NCBI GenBank assembly: GCA_963743755.1
Contig: CAVUQU010000002.1
Span: 101,867 to 165,866, forward strand
Source of the DNA: an uncultured bacterium
GTDB lineage: Bacteria > Acidobacteriota > Aminicenantia > Aminicenantales > Saccharicenantaceae
Reading direction: 5' to 3'
DNA: 64,000 bases
Positions 29,631 to 43,665 of the stretch are shown piece after piece. The position numbers were made by a program, and so were the translations under genes. The notes under the pieces are model-generated. The model ran no database searches. It was not told where the DNA came from and saw only the letters and a list, made by a program, of their open reading frames with translations. Each line of letters begins with the position of its first letter. Position 1 is the first letter of the stretch.

Positions 29631-31187
29631 ATGAAGAGTTCCCGCCGGTTCTACGTCGCCGTCCTGCTCGTTCTCGCCCTCGCGGGGACGGGCCTGCACT
29701 CCCAGGCTCCGAGACAGACCGCCGCGCCGCAGACGGACGAGGCCCGGATCCTCGAGGCCATGCACCTCATCCAGAGCCAACCCCTCTACGATTACGTCGC
29801 CGAGCTCGTCTCCGAGAAGTACGGCGGCCGGCTGACCGGAACCAAGGAATACGAGGCCTGCGTCGAGTGGGTCGAGTCCCTGCTCAAGGGCTGGGGCATC
29901 GAGCCCGGGGGGGAGAACGGGACCTACCGCCAGCTCTTCCCCAATCCCTACACCGTCGTCCATAAAGGCGGCGTCTGCGAGATGCTCATTCCGGCGGGGA
30001 AGGGCGGCGTCGTCAGAAAGAGCTACACGTACGAGGACGAGTTCATCCCGGGCGGCACGTCGGGCTCCGGCGAAGTGACGGCCGAAGTCGTCTACGTTGG
30101 TTACGGCATCACCGCCCCCGAGCTCGGCTACGACGACTACAAGGGCGTCGACGTCAAGGGCAAGATCGTGCTTCTGGACTCCGAGGTCCCGGTCGGTCCG
30201 GGCGAGAAGACCCTGGAGCAATTCAAGAAGTGGCGGCCCTACTCCTTCCATCAGTACAAGCTCAAGAACGCCGCCGCCCACGGGGCCAAGGGCATGATCT
30301 ACAACTACGGGCCCATCGGCAACCCCAACAACGCCTACGTCGAAGGATTCGTCTACCACCACGTCGGCACGGCGGTCGTCGAGGACGTCTTCGCCGGGAC
30401 GGGCCGGGTCCACAAGGACGCCGTGGCTGCGATCCGCAAGGACCTCAAGCCGCAGTCTTTCGCCACGGGCAAGACGATGACCCTCAGCAACAAGACCGAG
30501 CACCATCCCGACGGCGTCGGCATCAACCTCCTCGGCAAGATCACGGGGACGGATCCCGCCCTCAAGGACGAGGTCATCATCGTCGGCGGGCACCTCGACC
30601 ATCTCGGCCGGCTGTGGGAGCTTCTGCCCGGGGCGAACGACAACGCCACGGCAGTCGCCGTGACGCTGGGCGTCGCCGAAGCCATGGCCAAGTGCCCCGT
30701 CAAGCCCAAGCGGACGGTCGTGTTCTTCTTCTTCGGCAGCGAGGAGCAGAGCGAGGACCAGGGCACGGAGGGCTCGCACTACTACACGGAACACCCCATC
30801 TACCCGCTCGATAAGACGGCCGTCTTCATCAACATGGAGGGCCCCGGGGCGGGCGACAAGATCTCCGCATCGGGCGGGACGACCTATCCCGGATTCTGGG
30901 CGTTCGTCGAGAAGGCCAACACGGGCTTCGTCCACCGCGCGCTCAGCACGGGGCCGGCGTCCTACCCGGCCCGGCCGCGGCAGGACTCGGCCTGGTTCTT
31001 CTGGAAGGGCGTGCCGTCGCTGACCTTCGGCGCCCACGGCGGGCCGCGGTCACCCCTGCCGACCTATCACAACACGCGGGACAACCTGAGCCTCGTCACT
31101 CCGGAGATCATGGAGGACATCGCCCAGCTCCTGTTCATGACCATCATGGACATGAGCGACGAGCCTGCGCTCGACTTCCGCAAATAG
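29631..31187 (+). CDS. M28-family aminopeptidase with PA domain, secreted, intact (paralog 2)
   Basis: Signal peptide MKSSRRFYVAVLLVLALAGTGLHS; YVGYGITAPELGYDDYKGVDVKGKIVL; GGHLDHLG; NDNATAVA; FGSEEQSEDQG. Collinear in motif order with the 25873..27345 protein. Confidence 0.8.
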   Translation: MKSSRRFYVAVLLVLALAGTGLHSQAPRQTAAPQTDEARILEAMHLIQSQPLYDYVAELVSEKYGGRLTGTKEYEACVEWVESLLKGWGIEPGGENGTYRQLFPNPYTVVHKGGVCEMLIPAGKGGVVRKSYTYEDEFIPGGTSGSGEVTAEVVYVGYGITAPELGYDDYKGVDVKGKIVLLDSEVPVGPGEKTLEQFKKWRPYSFHQYKLKNAAAHGAKGMIYNYGPIGNPNNAYVEGFVYHHVGTAVVEDVFAGTGRVHKDAVAAIRKDLKPQSFATGKTMTLSNKTEHHPDGVGINLLGKITGTDPALKDEVIIVGGHLDHLGRLWELLPGANDNATAVAVTLGVAEAMAKCPVKPKRTVVFFFFGSEEQSEDQGTEGSHYYTEHPIYPLDKTAVFINMEGPGAGDKISASGGTTYPGFWAFVEKANTGFVHRALSTGPASYPARPRQDSAWFFWKGVPSLTFGAHGGPRSPLPTYHNTRDNLSLVTPEIMEDIAQLLFMTIMDMSDEPALDFRK

Positions 31188-31194
31188 GCCGGGC

Positions 31195-32184
31195 TTAAAT
31201 GTGGAGCTCGACGACGTCCTCGTCGGCGAGGACGTAATCGCGTGTGACCCGCAGGCCGTCGAGGCCGGCGGCGTTCCAGACGCGGGCGTACTGGAGCTTC
31301 TCCGCAAAATCCTTGTGGACGGCCTTGGCCATGTCCATCACCGTACTGCCGGTCCGGAGCGCGAACGGCGAGTCCTTCTCGGGCTTCTTCCCCGGGATCT
31401 TGCTGTAGACGCGGACGACGCGGAGCAGGCCGAAGATAGCCCGGCGCAGCGTTTCCAGGCCCCGTCCGGAAACAGCCGAAACGGGCAGGCGCTCGAACGG
31501 ACCGTCGAGCAGGACGCCGAGGTCCTCGAAAGCCCGGGGCGCCCCGGTGACGTCGATCTTGTTCGCGGCGAGGGCCGCGCGCTTGCGGAAGGGGAAGTAG
31601 GGCGGCGGGATGTCCGCGTCGGCCGGGACGAGCTCGACCTTGCGCTCCGCGAGCCGGCCGACGATGCCCTCGATCGCCGGGGCCGTGTCGGGATCGGTGA
31701 GGTCGGCGACGAGGAGGACGGCGTCGGCCATCTTGACCATTTCCGGGAACCACGTTTCCATGAGCTCGCCCGTGACCGGGGGCGCGTCGACGAGCTGGAC
31801 CTTGACGTTCTCGAACGGCATCATGAACGGAGCGGGGGAGCGGGTGGTGAAGGGATACTCGGCGATCTCGACGGCGACGCCGGTGAGGGCCTGGACGAGG
31901 CTCGATTTGCCGGCGTTCGGCGGACCGGCGAGGACGACCTGGCCGGCGCCGGACTTCTCGATCTTGTGCGTCGGCGCGTGCTTGGCCGTGGAGGCGCGCC
32001 GCTCGCCCTCCTCGCGGGCCTTGGCGATCTTCTGCCGGTACATGGCGAGGAGTTTGTCCGTGCCCTTGTGGTGGGGAATGACGCGGATGAGCCGCTCGTA
32101 AATGTCGATCTTCTCTTCGGGCGTGCGGGCCGTACGCAGCTCGGACTCGATCCTGTGGTATTCGGGCGGCAGGTTGGCCGGCAT
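31195..32184 (-). CDS. Obg-like/DRG-family GTPase with C-terminal TGS domain, intact
   Basis: MPANLPPEYHRIESELRTARTPEEKIDIYERL...; G1 GPPNAGKSS; ...FTT...; G3 DAPP; G4 NKID; C-terminal TGS-like ...VRVYSK.PGKKP.KDSPFALRTGSTVMD.A..VH.DF.... The start is chosen at the internal ATG; see the leaderless-promoter finding. Confidence 0.7.
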   Translation of the reverse strand: MPANLPPEYHRIESELRTARTPEEKIDIYERLIRVIPHHKGTDKLLAMYRQKIAKAREEGERRASTAKHAPTHKIEKSGAGQVVLAGPPNAGKSSLVQALTGVAVEIAEYPFTTRSPAPFMMPFENVKVQLVDAPPVTGELMETWFPEMVKMADAVLLVADLTDPDTAPAIEGIVGRLAERKVELVPADADIPPPYFPFRKRAALAANKIDVTGAPRAFEDLGVLLDGPFERLPVSAVSGRGLETLRRAIFGLLRVVRVYSKIPGKKPEKDSPFALRTGSTVMDMAKAVHKDFAEKLQYARVWNAAGLDGLRVTRDYVLADEDVVELHI

Positions 32185-32203
32185 AGGAAAATTATAGCAA
32201 GAA

Positions 32204-32295
32204 GGGGTCAAACCTAAACAAATTAACTTTCTGGGCGTCTCCGGTAGTCCCCTCTAAAGAAACCGGGAAAGGTTAATTTGTTTAGGTTTGACCCC
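32204..32295. repeat. AT-rich perfect inverted repeat: 28-bp arms GGGGTCAAACCTAAACAAATTAACTTTC / GAAAGGTTAATTTGTTTAGGTTTGACCCC separated by about 35 bp
   Basis: Arms are exact reverse complements (read by eye). Lies in the about 340-bp AT-rich divergent region between the DRG GTPase and gyrB. Confidence 0.8.
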
Positions 32296-32445
32296 CTCTC
32301 ACCCCCTCCTAACTGTGAGAAAAAAAGACCCCTTCGGACGTCTCTGTCAAAGGGCCCGCTAAACGTCCCGGTCGGGGGGTCGAGAAAGTGCCGTAAAACG
32401 TTGATATCAAACAATATTAAATTCAGCTAAAATCGCGCTTTTTTC

Positions 32446-32478
32446 TTGCTTTCAGGGCCCCCGATTTGGTACAATAGT
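32446..32478 (+). promoter_or_regulatory. candidate gyrB sigma70 promoter TTGCTT-18-TACAAT
   Basis: ttTTGCTTtcagggcccccgatttggTACAATag, about 75 nt upstream of gyrB ATG 32553. Confidence 0.35.
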
Positions 32479-32552
32479 TCCGAGAAAAATGGCCCCCGGG
32501 TCCCGTGTCGCGCAAGCGCCGGGAACCCGCATTTTTTTATAAGTGAACGGAC

Positions 32553-37425
<4,873 letters not shown>

Positions 37426-37519
37426 TCCCGGACATCGGCCTGGCCCTCGTGCGAATTCCTCTATTTGAAATCCCTGCCTTCAATTCTATATATTGAGTGA
37501 GGGGAGGCCAGGAACGAGC

Positions 37520-39002
37520 ATGCCCGGGAAACGGCGCTGGAAATCTGACGGGCGTTGGGACATGGCCGTTGGGGTGGCCTTCCTGCTGCTGGCGCTGGCG
37601 ACCTGTTGGGGCACGATCGGATCCGGTTTTCAGCTGGGCGGGGATGAGCATCATGAGGTCACCAAAGCGTTCTTGTGGTCCGAGGGATTCAGGCTCTACC
37701 ATGAGATCTGGAACGACCAACCACCGCTGTTGACGGTCCTTCAGGGCTCGCTCTTCAGGTGGTTTGGAGTTTATGCCGTTCTCGCGCGGGGGCTGGCCTT
37801 GGCTTTCGGAGCGTTGCTGGCGGCCGGTCTTATTTCGCTTGGTGCGCAAGAGCCTCGGCGTGCCGGCGGCGTTCGGGGCGCTGTTCAGCCTGTTGGCCGC
37901 GCCCCATGTGTTCGAACTCAGCCTTTCGCCCATGAGCGAGGTCCCCGCCTTCGCCGTCGGCCTTGGGGCTCTGGGAGCGATCCGGCGCTGGGATAAGGAT
38001 GGCCGCGGCGTCTGGCTGGCGATCTCGGGATTGATCCTGGCGTTCGCGCTCGAGATCAAGGTGACGGCGGTCCTTCTCGCTCCCGCGCTGGGCCTCGAGC
38101 TGGCGATCCTCACGCTGGCCCGATCAAAGACCGGGAGGATGGCTAAACTGGCCCGCAACGGGGCGATCTGGGGCGGGAGCGTTCTCGGCGGATTGGTCCT
38201 TCTGGGCCTGGCGCTGGGAACCGGCTATCTCCAGGCCTATGCCTCGCACTTTTCGACCTTGGGCCAGGCGGCGGCGGCCGAGGTCCGCCAGCTGGCGTTC
38301 ACACTCGGCGATCTCCTGAGGTATCGGCAGGCCCTGGTGGCGTTGGCGGCGGCGCTGGGCCTCGCGGCTTGGCGGCGGCATTGGAGGCCGCTCGCGTTTC
38401 CCCTGGCGCTCTTCGCCACGGCCCTCGCCGTTCATCTCGTTCATCGCCCGTTCTGGCCCTATTATTATCTCCATTTCGCAGTGCCCATCGCGTGGCTGAT
38501 GGGTTACGCCGTCGGAGAGCTGTGGAAGGCGGCGCTCGACGCGGTCCGGCGCACCACACCCCGGCTCTCTCTTTGGGGCGCCGGCCTGGCCCTGGCTGCG
38601 GCCCTCCTGAGCGCCGGAGTGGTCGCTTACGCCGGGGTCACACTCGCGTCGGAGACAAAGAAGATCCGCGGCGTGCGCCGGGTCGATGCCGATCCTATCG
38701 TCGCGGCGATGAAAGCCGCCGCGCCCGGCACGCAATGGGTCTACACGCGGGCCACGATGTACGCCTTCCATGCCAAGCTGCGGGTGATCCCGGAGCTGGC
38801 GTTGATGCCGCGGAAGCGTTTTTGGTCCGGCCAGATCACTCGAGCCGGGATATTGGCCCTGGTGAAGCGCTACAGGCCGGAGCAGCTCCTGCTGGATGAC
38901 CGGGACATGGCCGACGCGGAGATGGCGCAGTTCGTCGGCGAACACTATAGGCCCTCGACCCGGGACGCCGGTCTGACGCTTTGGCTCAAGGCCGGACGAT
39001 GA
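37520..39002 (+). CDS. GT39/GT83-like (ArnT / PMT family) integral-membrane glycosyltransferase (frameshift about 37800-37860)
   Basis: ATG 37520 with RBS GAGGGGAGG; ...LATCWGTIGSGFQLGGDEHHEVTKAFLWSEGFRLYHEIWNDQPPL (the first periplasmic loop Asp-Glu motif typical of ArnT/PMT); 10+ TM helices continue in 37764..39002. Confidence 0.6.
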
Positions 39003-39070
39003 TCCTGACCCGCCGGGATCCGACCATGGCAGGGCCAAGCGAAGGAAGTCGGTGAACGCAGAGGGGAAGC

Positions 39071-39793
39071 ATGATCTCCGTCATATTGCCGACGTACAAC
39101 GAAGCCCAAAACATCGCTCGCATCATCTCGGCGATCACGAAGGTTTTTTCGGATGAAGCGATCGAGGGAGAGGTGATCGTCGTCGACGACAATTCGCCGG
39201 ACGGGACCGCCCGTATCGCTTCGGGTCTCTCGGGGTCCTGCCCGGTCCGCGTTCGCGTGCGGACGGGGACGAGAGGCCTGTCGAGAGCCGTCATCGAGGG
39301 TTTCGGCCTGGCGGGGGGAGACATTTGCGTGGTCATGGACGCGGACCTGAGCCACCCGGTCGACTCGATACCGGCCCTGATCGGACCCATTCTCGCGGGG
39401 ACCTGCGATATCGTCGTGGGCAGCCGCTACCTGGCCGGAGGCGGAGTCCCGGACTGGCCTTGGCGAAGAAGGCTGGTCAGCCGGGCGGCCGGGCTTCTGG
39501 CCGGGGGAGTCACCACCCTCTCCGATCCGACGAGCGGATTCATGGCCGTGAAAAAGGACGAGCTCGAAGGAGTCGAACTCGATCCCCTGGGCTGGAAGAT
39601 CGTGCTCGAGGTCGTCGTGAAAACTAAAGCCCGGGTGCGGGAGATCCCGATCGTATTCAGAGACCGGACCCAGGGCCAAAGCAAGTTCGGCGTCAGGGCC
39701 CAGGTGGATTACCTTCGCCAGCTCCGGAGGCTCTACGCTTTCCGGTATCCGCTGTTTCGCAAGAGGCGAAGCCGGTCTCTCCCTAAGAGATGA
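39071..39793 (+). CDS. GT2 polyprenol-phosphate glycosyltransferase (dolichol/undecaprenol-phosphate mannose or ArnC-like synthase), intact
   Basis: MISVILPTYNEAQNI...VIVVDDNSPDGT...VVMDADLSHP...SRY...GFMAVKK...; classic DPM1/ArnC-like GT2 core. Confidence 0.8.
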   Translation: MISVILPTYNEAQNIARIISAITKVFSDEAIEGEVIVVDDNSPDGTARIASGLSGSCPVRVRVRTGTRGLSRAVIEGFGLAGGDICVVMDADLSHPVDSIPALIGPILAGTCDIVVGSRYLAGGGVPDWPWRRRLVSRAAGLLAGGVTTLSDPTSGFMAVKKDELEGVELDPLGWKIVLEVVVKTKARVREIPIVFRDRTQGQSKFGVRAQVDYLRQLRRLYAFRYPLFRKRRSRSLPKR

Positions 39794-41008
39794 CGTCGAC
39801 GCTCAGGGGGAACTTGGACAGGGGCTCGCACCCTTCGGGGCCGATGACGATCGGGTTCTCGTAGCGGAATCCGATGTTCTCTTCGGGGCAGGCGTACTGC
39901 ATGGCGCAGATGAGCACCTCGTTCTCCCGGTAGAGGTGGTCGGGATTGGTCCAGTAGGGGAAGGGGCCGTCGTTCATCCCGATGCGCCATTCGTCGCCCA
40001 TCATCCCGATGCCGTGCTCGAAGCCCGGCACCATGTAATCGGCGAAGCCGCGGTCCTCGGCGAAGCCGATCATCTTCTCGGCCAGCTCCGAGGGAGTGAT
40101 GCCCGCCCGGTAGGTCTTGAGCGTCAGGGCCACGATGTCGGTGAAGTTGAGGGCATGCCAGCGCTGTCGGTCGCTCGCCGGGGCGAGAAGATAGTTGTGG
40201 GAATGGTCGCCCAGCGCCCAGCGGAACATGGCGTGGATGTCGACCATGAGCGGCTCGCCGGGCCCTGAGCTCCCGACGCGAGGCCGGCGTGCATGCGCCG
40301 CCGGTAAGGCCGGTGCGGTAGCCCGACGCGATCTCGTTGCCGCCGGTGAACGACCATTCCCATTCGCTCCCGGCCTGGCGCATGGCCAGGGCCGCCAGGC
40401 CCGCGATCTCGGTCTCGGTCAGCCCCTTCTAACCGCCGTCCCTCAGGGCCTCGAAGACGGCCTCGTGCCCGATGTCGACGATGCGCGAGGCCTCGCGGAA
40501 GCGGTTGATCGTACCCGCGTCCTTGATGAGCGACAGCCGGTCGACGAGGTCGTGGGCGTTGACGAGCTCCGACGGCGCCAGGGCGTCGCGGAAGCGCTCG
40601 AACTCGTAGTGGGTCAGGTTGCCTTCGGGCAAGATAGTTCGACATCCCGCTCTCGATGCCGATGCGGCCCCGTTTCCCCTTGAGCAGATCCTTGACGAAG
40701 TCGGCGATGAGCTCGATCTGGTCCTGGCCGCCCATGGGCGCGAAACCGAAGACGCGGTCTTCGGGAAGCCAGGACTCGTCGGCGACGCGGGCGGCGTCGA
40801 TGACGAAGGTGAAGGCGGCCGGCCGGCCTTCCGCAGGGATGACGACGAAGCTCCGCCAGGGGCAGAACGCGTCGAGGAGCCACGACAACGTGCGCAGGCG
40901 CGAACCGAGGTAGACGTCGATCCCGGCCCGGGCCATCTCCGCCTGGAGGGCCCGGACGCGGCCGGGAAAATCGATGAAGTAGGGGCTTTGCGGATCGACG
41001 GTCTTCAT
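39783..41008 (-). CDS. M24-family metallopeptidase (Xaa-Pro aminopeptidase/creatinase-like), frameshifted
   Basis: N-terminal creatinase-like domain MKTVDPQSPYFIDFPGRVRALQAEMARAGIDVYLG...; middle ...NRFREASRIVDIGHEAV; C-terminal pita-bread domain ...VPGFEHGIGM...NEVLICAMQYACPEENIGFRYENPIVI in three frames. Confidence 0.7.
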
Positions 41009-41018
41009 GCCGCCCTCC

Positions 41019-41423
41019 TCAATACGTCGCGGGAATGCCGGCCAGGACCTTGTTCAGCCGGTCGGCGATCGCGGCCAGCTTCAGGGCCTTGATCATGTTG
41101 CCCTTGAGCTTGAGCTTCCCGGTCATGAGGGCCTTCTGGGCGCCGATCTCCGCCCGGGAGATCTGGGCGAAGACGTCGTAGGCGCCCGTGATGCGGAACT
41201 CGGCCTCAGGCGGTTCGCCGGTCCCCAGCGCCAGCTCGGCCAGCGCCCCGTCCGCGAAGCGGAAGAGCAGGTACTTCGATCCGCCGCCCGGGCAATCGAG
41301 GTAGACGTTGGACATGGACGACGTGATGTGGTTCATGCGGTCCGGCGTCAGCTCGGCTTTGAGGCGGCGCTCCGCCTCGGCCCGCCATTCTTCCGACAGG
41401 TACTGGAACGTCGTCATGGGCAC
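41019..41423 (-). CDS. SCP-2 sterol-transfer-domain protein, intact
   Basis: 134-aa ORF ending ...LMTGKLKLKGNMIKALKLAAIADRLNKVL, which matches the SCP2 C-terminal helix pattern (memory-based). Confidence 0.6.
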   Translation of the reverse strand: MPMTTFQYLSEEWRAEAERRLKAELTPDRMNHITSSMSNVYLDCPGGGSKYLLFRFADGALAELALGTGEPPEAEFRITGAYDVFAQISRAEIGAQKALMTGKLKLKGNMIKALKLAAIADRLNKVLAGIPATY

Positions 41424-41524
41424 CTCCTTCAGGCCCTCCTTATAGACCAGGCGCCCGGGGCTGTCAATCGGCCGGCCCGCCGCGTCCTTGACGCCGGGCG
41501 ACGGCCTGGACTATCCTCTCGGTC

Positions 41525-42241
41525 GTGAAGACCGAAGCCGCCCCGGCCCGCATCTGGGAGATCGACTTCCTGCGCGGCGTCTCCATTATTCTCATGGTCG
41601 GCTACCATCTTCTTTACGACCTGGGCGAGTTCCGGGGGATGACCAAGGTTCTCTTTTTCTCGACGGACCTGAACAGCACCGGCTGGACGATCGCCCAGTC
41701 GTTCTTCGCCGCGCTCTTCGTCCTGCTCTCGGGGATCAGCAGCACGCTCAGCCGGAGCAACTTCCGTCGCGGCCTGAGGCTCCTCGCCGTTTCCCTCGCC
41801 GTCACCGCCGTCACCTACATCATCGACCCGTCGCAGGCCATCTGGTTCGGTATCCTCCAGTGTCTCGCCTTCTCGATGCTCCTCTACGGTGCGGCTTTCG
41901 CGAAGGCCCGGCCGGCTGCCTGCGCAGCCTGGGGAGCGCTCGTCATCGCCCTCGCCGCCGTGCTTCCCGCCGTCAAGCAGGCCTTGGTCCTGCGCTCCGA
42001 TTGGCTGCTGCCCTTCGGCATCCCCGGCCCGGGCTTCTCGTCCTTCGACTATTTCCCCCTCATCCCCTGGTTCGGGGTGTTCCTCGTCGGGGCGGCCCTG
42101 GGCAAGACGGTCTACGCCCCGCGCCGGAGCCTTCTGCCGTGGCGCCTGCCGGTAACCTTCGTCAACATCGCCGGCCGACACTCGCTCCTGATTTACATCG
42201 TGCATCAACCCGTCCTCTATCTCATCGGCCTCGCGAGGTAG
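41525..42241 (+). CDS. DUF1624 / heparan-alpha-glucosaminide N-acetyltransferase-like (HGSNAT catalytic domain) membrane acyltransferase, intact
   Basis: ...RIWEIDFLRGVSIILMVGYHLLYDL... followed by 7-8 TM helices; the family call is from the N-terminal DFLRG..I..M...H motif. Confidence 0.6.
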   Translation: MKTEAAPARIWEIDFLRGVSIILMVGYHLLYDLGEFRGMTKVLFFSTDLNSTGWTIAQSFFAALFVLLSGISSTLSRSNFRRGLRLLAVSLAVTAVTYIIDPSQAIWFGILQCLAFSMLLYGAAFAKARPAACAAWGALVIALAAVLPAVKQALVLRSDWLLPFGIPGPGFSSFDYFPLIPWFGVFLVGAALGKTVYAPRRSLLPWRLPVTFVNIAGRHSLLIYIVHQPVLYLIGLAR

Positions 42242-42279
42242 GGCGCTATGCCGTCATCCCGACAGTCGAGGAGGTTCCC

Positions 42280-43644
42280 GTGAGCGGTCTGAAAACCTTG
42301 TCCCGGCGCCGTTTCCTGCGCTCGTCGATCGCCGCGGCCGCCTTCGCCGCCGTTCCGTCGGCGGCGATGATCGTGCCGCGCCGCGTCCTCGGCCGCGGCC
42401 CGACGCCGCCGAGCGATATGCTGGGCATCGCCGGGATCGGCATCGGCGGCATGGGCGCGGCCAACCTCAAGGCCCTCGAGGAAGAGACCATCGTCGCGCT
42501 CTGCGACGTCGATCCCGGCTACGCCGCCGCGACGGTCAAGCGCTATCCGAAGGCCCGGTTCTACACCGACTACCGCGCTCTCCTCGACAAGGAGAAAGGC
42601 GTCGACGCCGTGGTCATCGCGACCCCCGACCACACGCACGCCGTCATCACCATGGCGGCGCTGCGGGCCGGCAAGCACGTCTATACCCAGAAACCCCTGA
42701 CCCACAGTGTCTGGGAAGCGCGCGAGCTCACGCTCGCGGCCCGGGCGTCGAAGCTCACGACCCAGATGGGCATCCAGGGCCATTCGGGCGAGGGCATCCG
42801 CCTCGTCGTCGAATGGATCCGGGCCGGCCTCATCGGCGAGGTCCGCGAGGCGGACGCCTGGTGCGACCTGTCCTACTATCCCTGGGGCCACGCGTACTGG
42901 AGCTCGAAATGGGGCGAGCGTCCCGCCGACGCACCCGTTCTCCCGTCCGGCCTGTCCTGGGATCTTTGGATCGGGCCGGCCCCGTTCCGGCCGTACCATC
43001 CGGCCTACCATCCTCTGGTCTGGCGCTGCTGGTGGGACTTCGGCGTCGGCATGATGGGCGACCGTGGGGCCCACACCCTCGACGCCGCCGTCTGGGCCCT
43101 CGGCCTCGACGCTCCCGAAACGGTCGAGGCCACGAGCCTGGGCCTCAATCCGGAGACACATCCGCTCTCGGCCGTCGTCACCTACCGCTTTCCCGCCCGC
43201 GGCGGCCGGCCGCCGGTCAAGCTGACCTGGTACGAAGGGACGCGGGCGCCCCGTCCGGAGGCCCTCGAGGACGGCCGGAAGATGCCGGAGGAGGGCGGCC
43301 TCGTCTTCAAAGGTTCGAAGGGGCTCGTCATGTGCGGCGTCTACGGCGATTCGCCCCGCCTCGTCCCCGAGTCCCTGATGCGCGACGCGAAACGGCCCGA
43401 GCGGTCGATCCCGCGGATCGAGGGCTCGCACGAGCAGGACTGGGCCCGGGCCTGCAAGAAAGGGGAGAAGGCCGGGGCGGCCTTCGAGTATTCGGGACCC
43501 CTGACCGAGATCTGCCTGCTCGGAAACGTGGCCAAGAAGCTCGACACACGCATCGCCTGGGACGCGGCGAACCTCCGCGTGACCAACGTTCCGGAGGCCG
43601 AGGCGCTCATCCGGCGTCCCTGCCGGCCCGGCTGGAATCTCTGA
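42280..43644 (+). CDS. TAT-exported Gfo/Idh/MocA-family NAD(P)-dependent oxidoreductase, intact
   Basis: GTG start with RBS GAGGAGG; twin-arginine signal SRRRFLRSSIAAAAFAAV; Rossmann GIAGIGIGGMGAANLKAL...CDVD; ...EKPLT (QKPLT). Confidence 0.8.
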   Translation: MSGLKTLSRRRFLRSSIAAAAFAAVPSAAMIVPRRVLGRGPTPPSDMLGIAGIGIGGMGAANLKALEEETIVALCDVDPGYAAATVKRYPKARFYTDYRALLDKEKGVDAVVIATPDHTHAVITMAALRAGKHVYTQKPLTHSVWEARELTLAARASKLTTQMGIQGHSGEGIRLVVEWIRAGLIGEVREADAWCDLSYYPWGHAYWSSKWGERPADAPVLPSGLSWDLWIGPAPFRPYHPAYHPLVWRCWWDFGVGMMGDRGAHTLDAAVWALGLDAPETVEATSLGLNPETHPLSAVVTYRFPARGGRPPVKLTWYEGTRAPRPEALEDGRKMPEEGGLVFKGSKGLVMCGVYGDSPRLVPESLMRDAKRPERSIPRIEGSHEQDWARACKKGEKAGAAFEYSGPLTEICLLGNVAKKLDTRIAWDAANLRVTNVPEAEALIRRPCRPGWNL

Positions 43645-43665
43645 ATCGGATCCTGGAGAACCAAC

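Noticed and set aside
32204-32295. MITE or IS remnant explaining the 28-bp inverted repeat
   Set aside because: The repeats would flank only about 35 bp of internal sequence. There are no target-site duplications and no transposase nearby. I keep it as an unexplained regulatory or structural element.
32190-32552. Chromosomal replication origin next to gyrB
   Set aside because: The region is AT-rich and contains a long IR, but I could not find DnaA-box-like 9-mers (TTATCCACA or 1-mismatch variants) by eye. dnaA, dnaN and recF are also absent from the neighbourhood.
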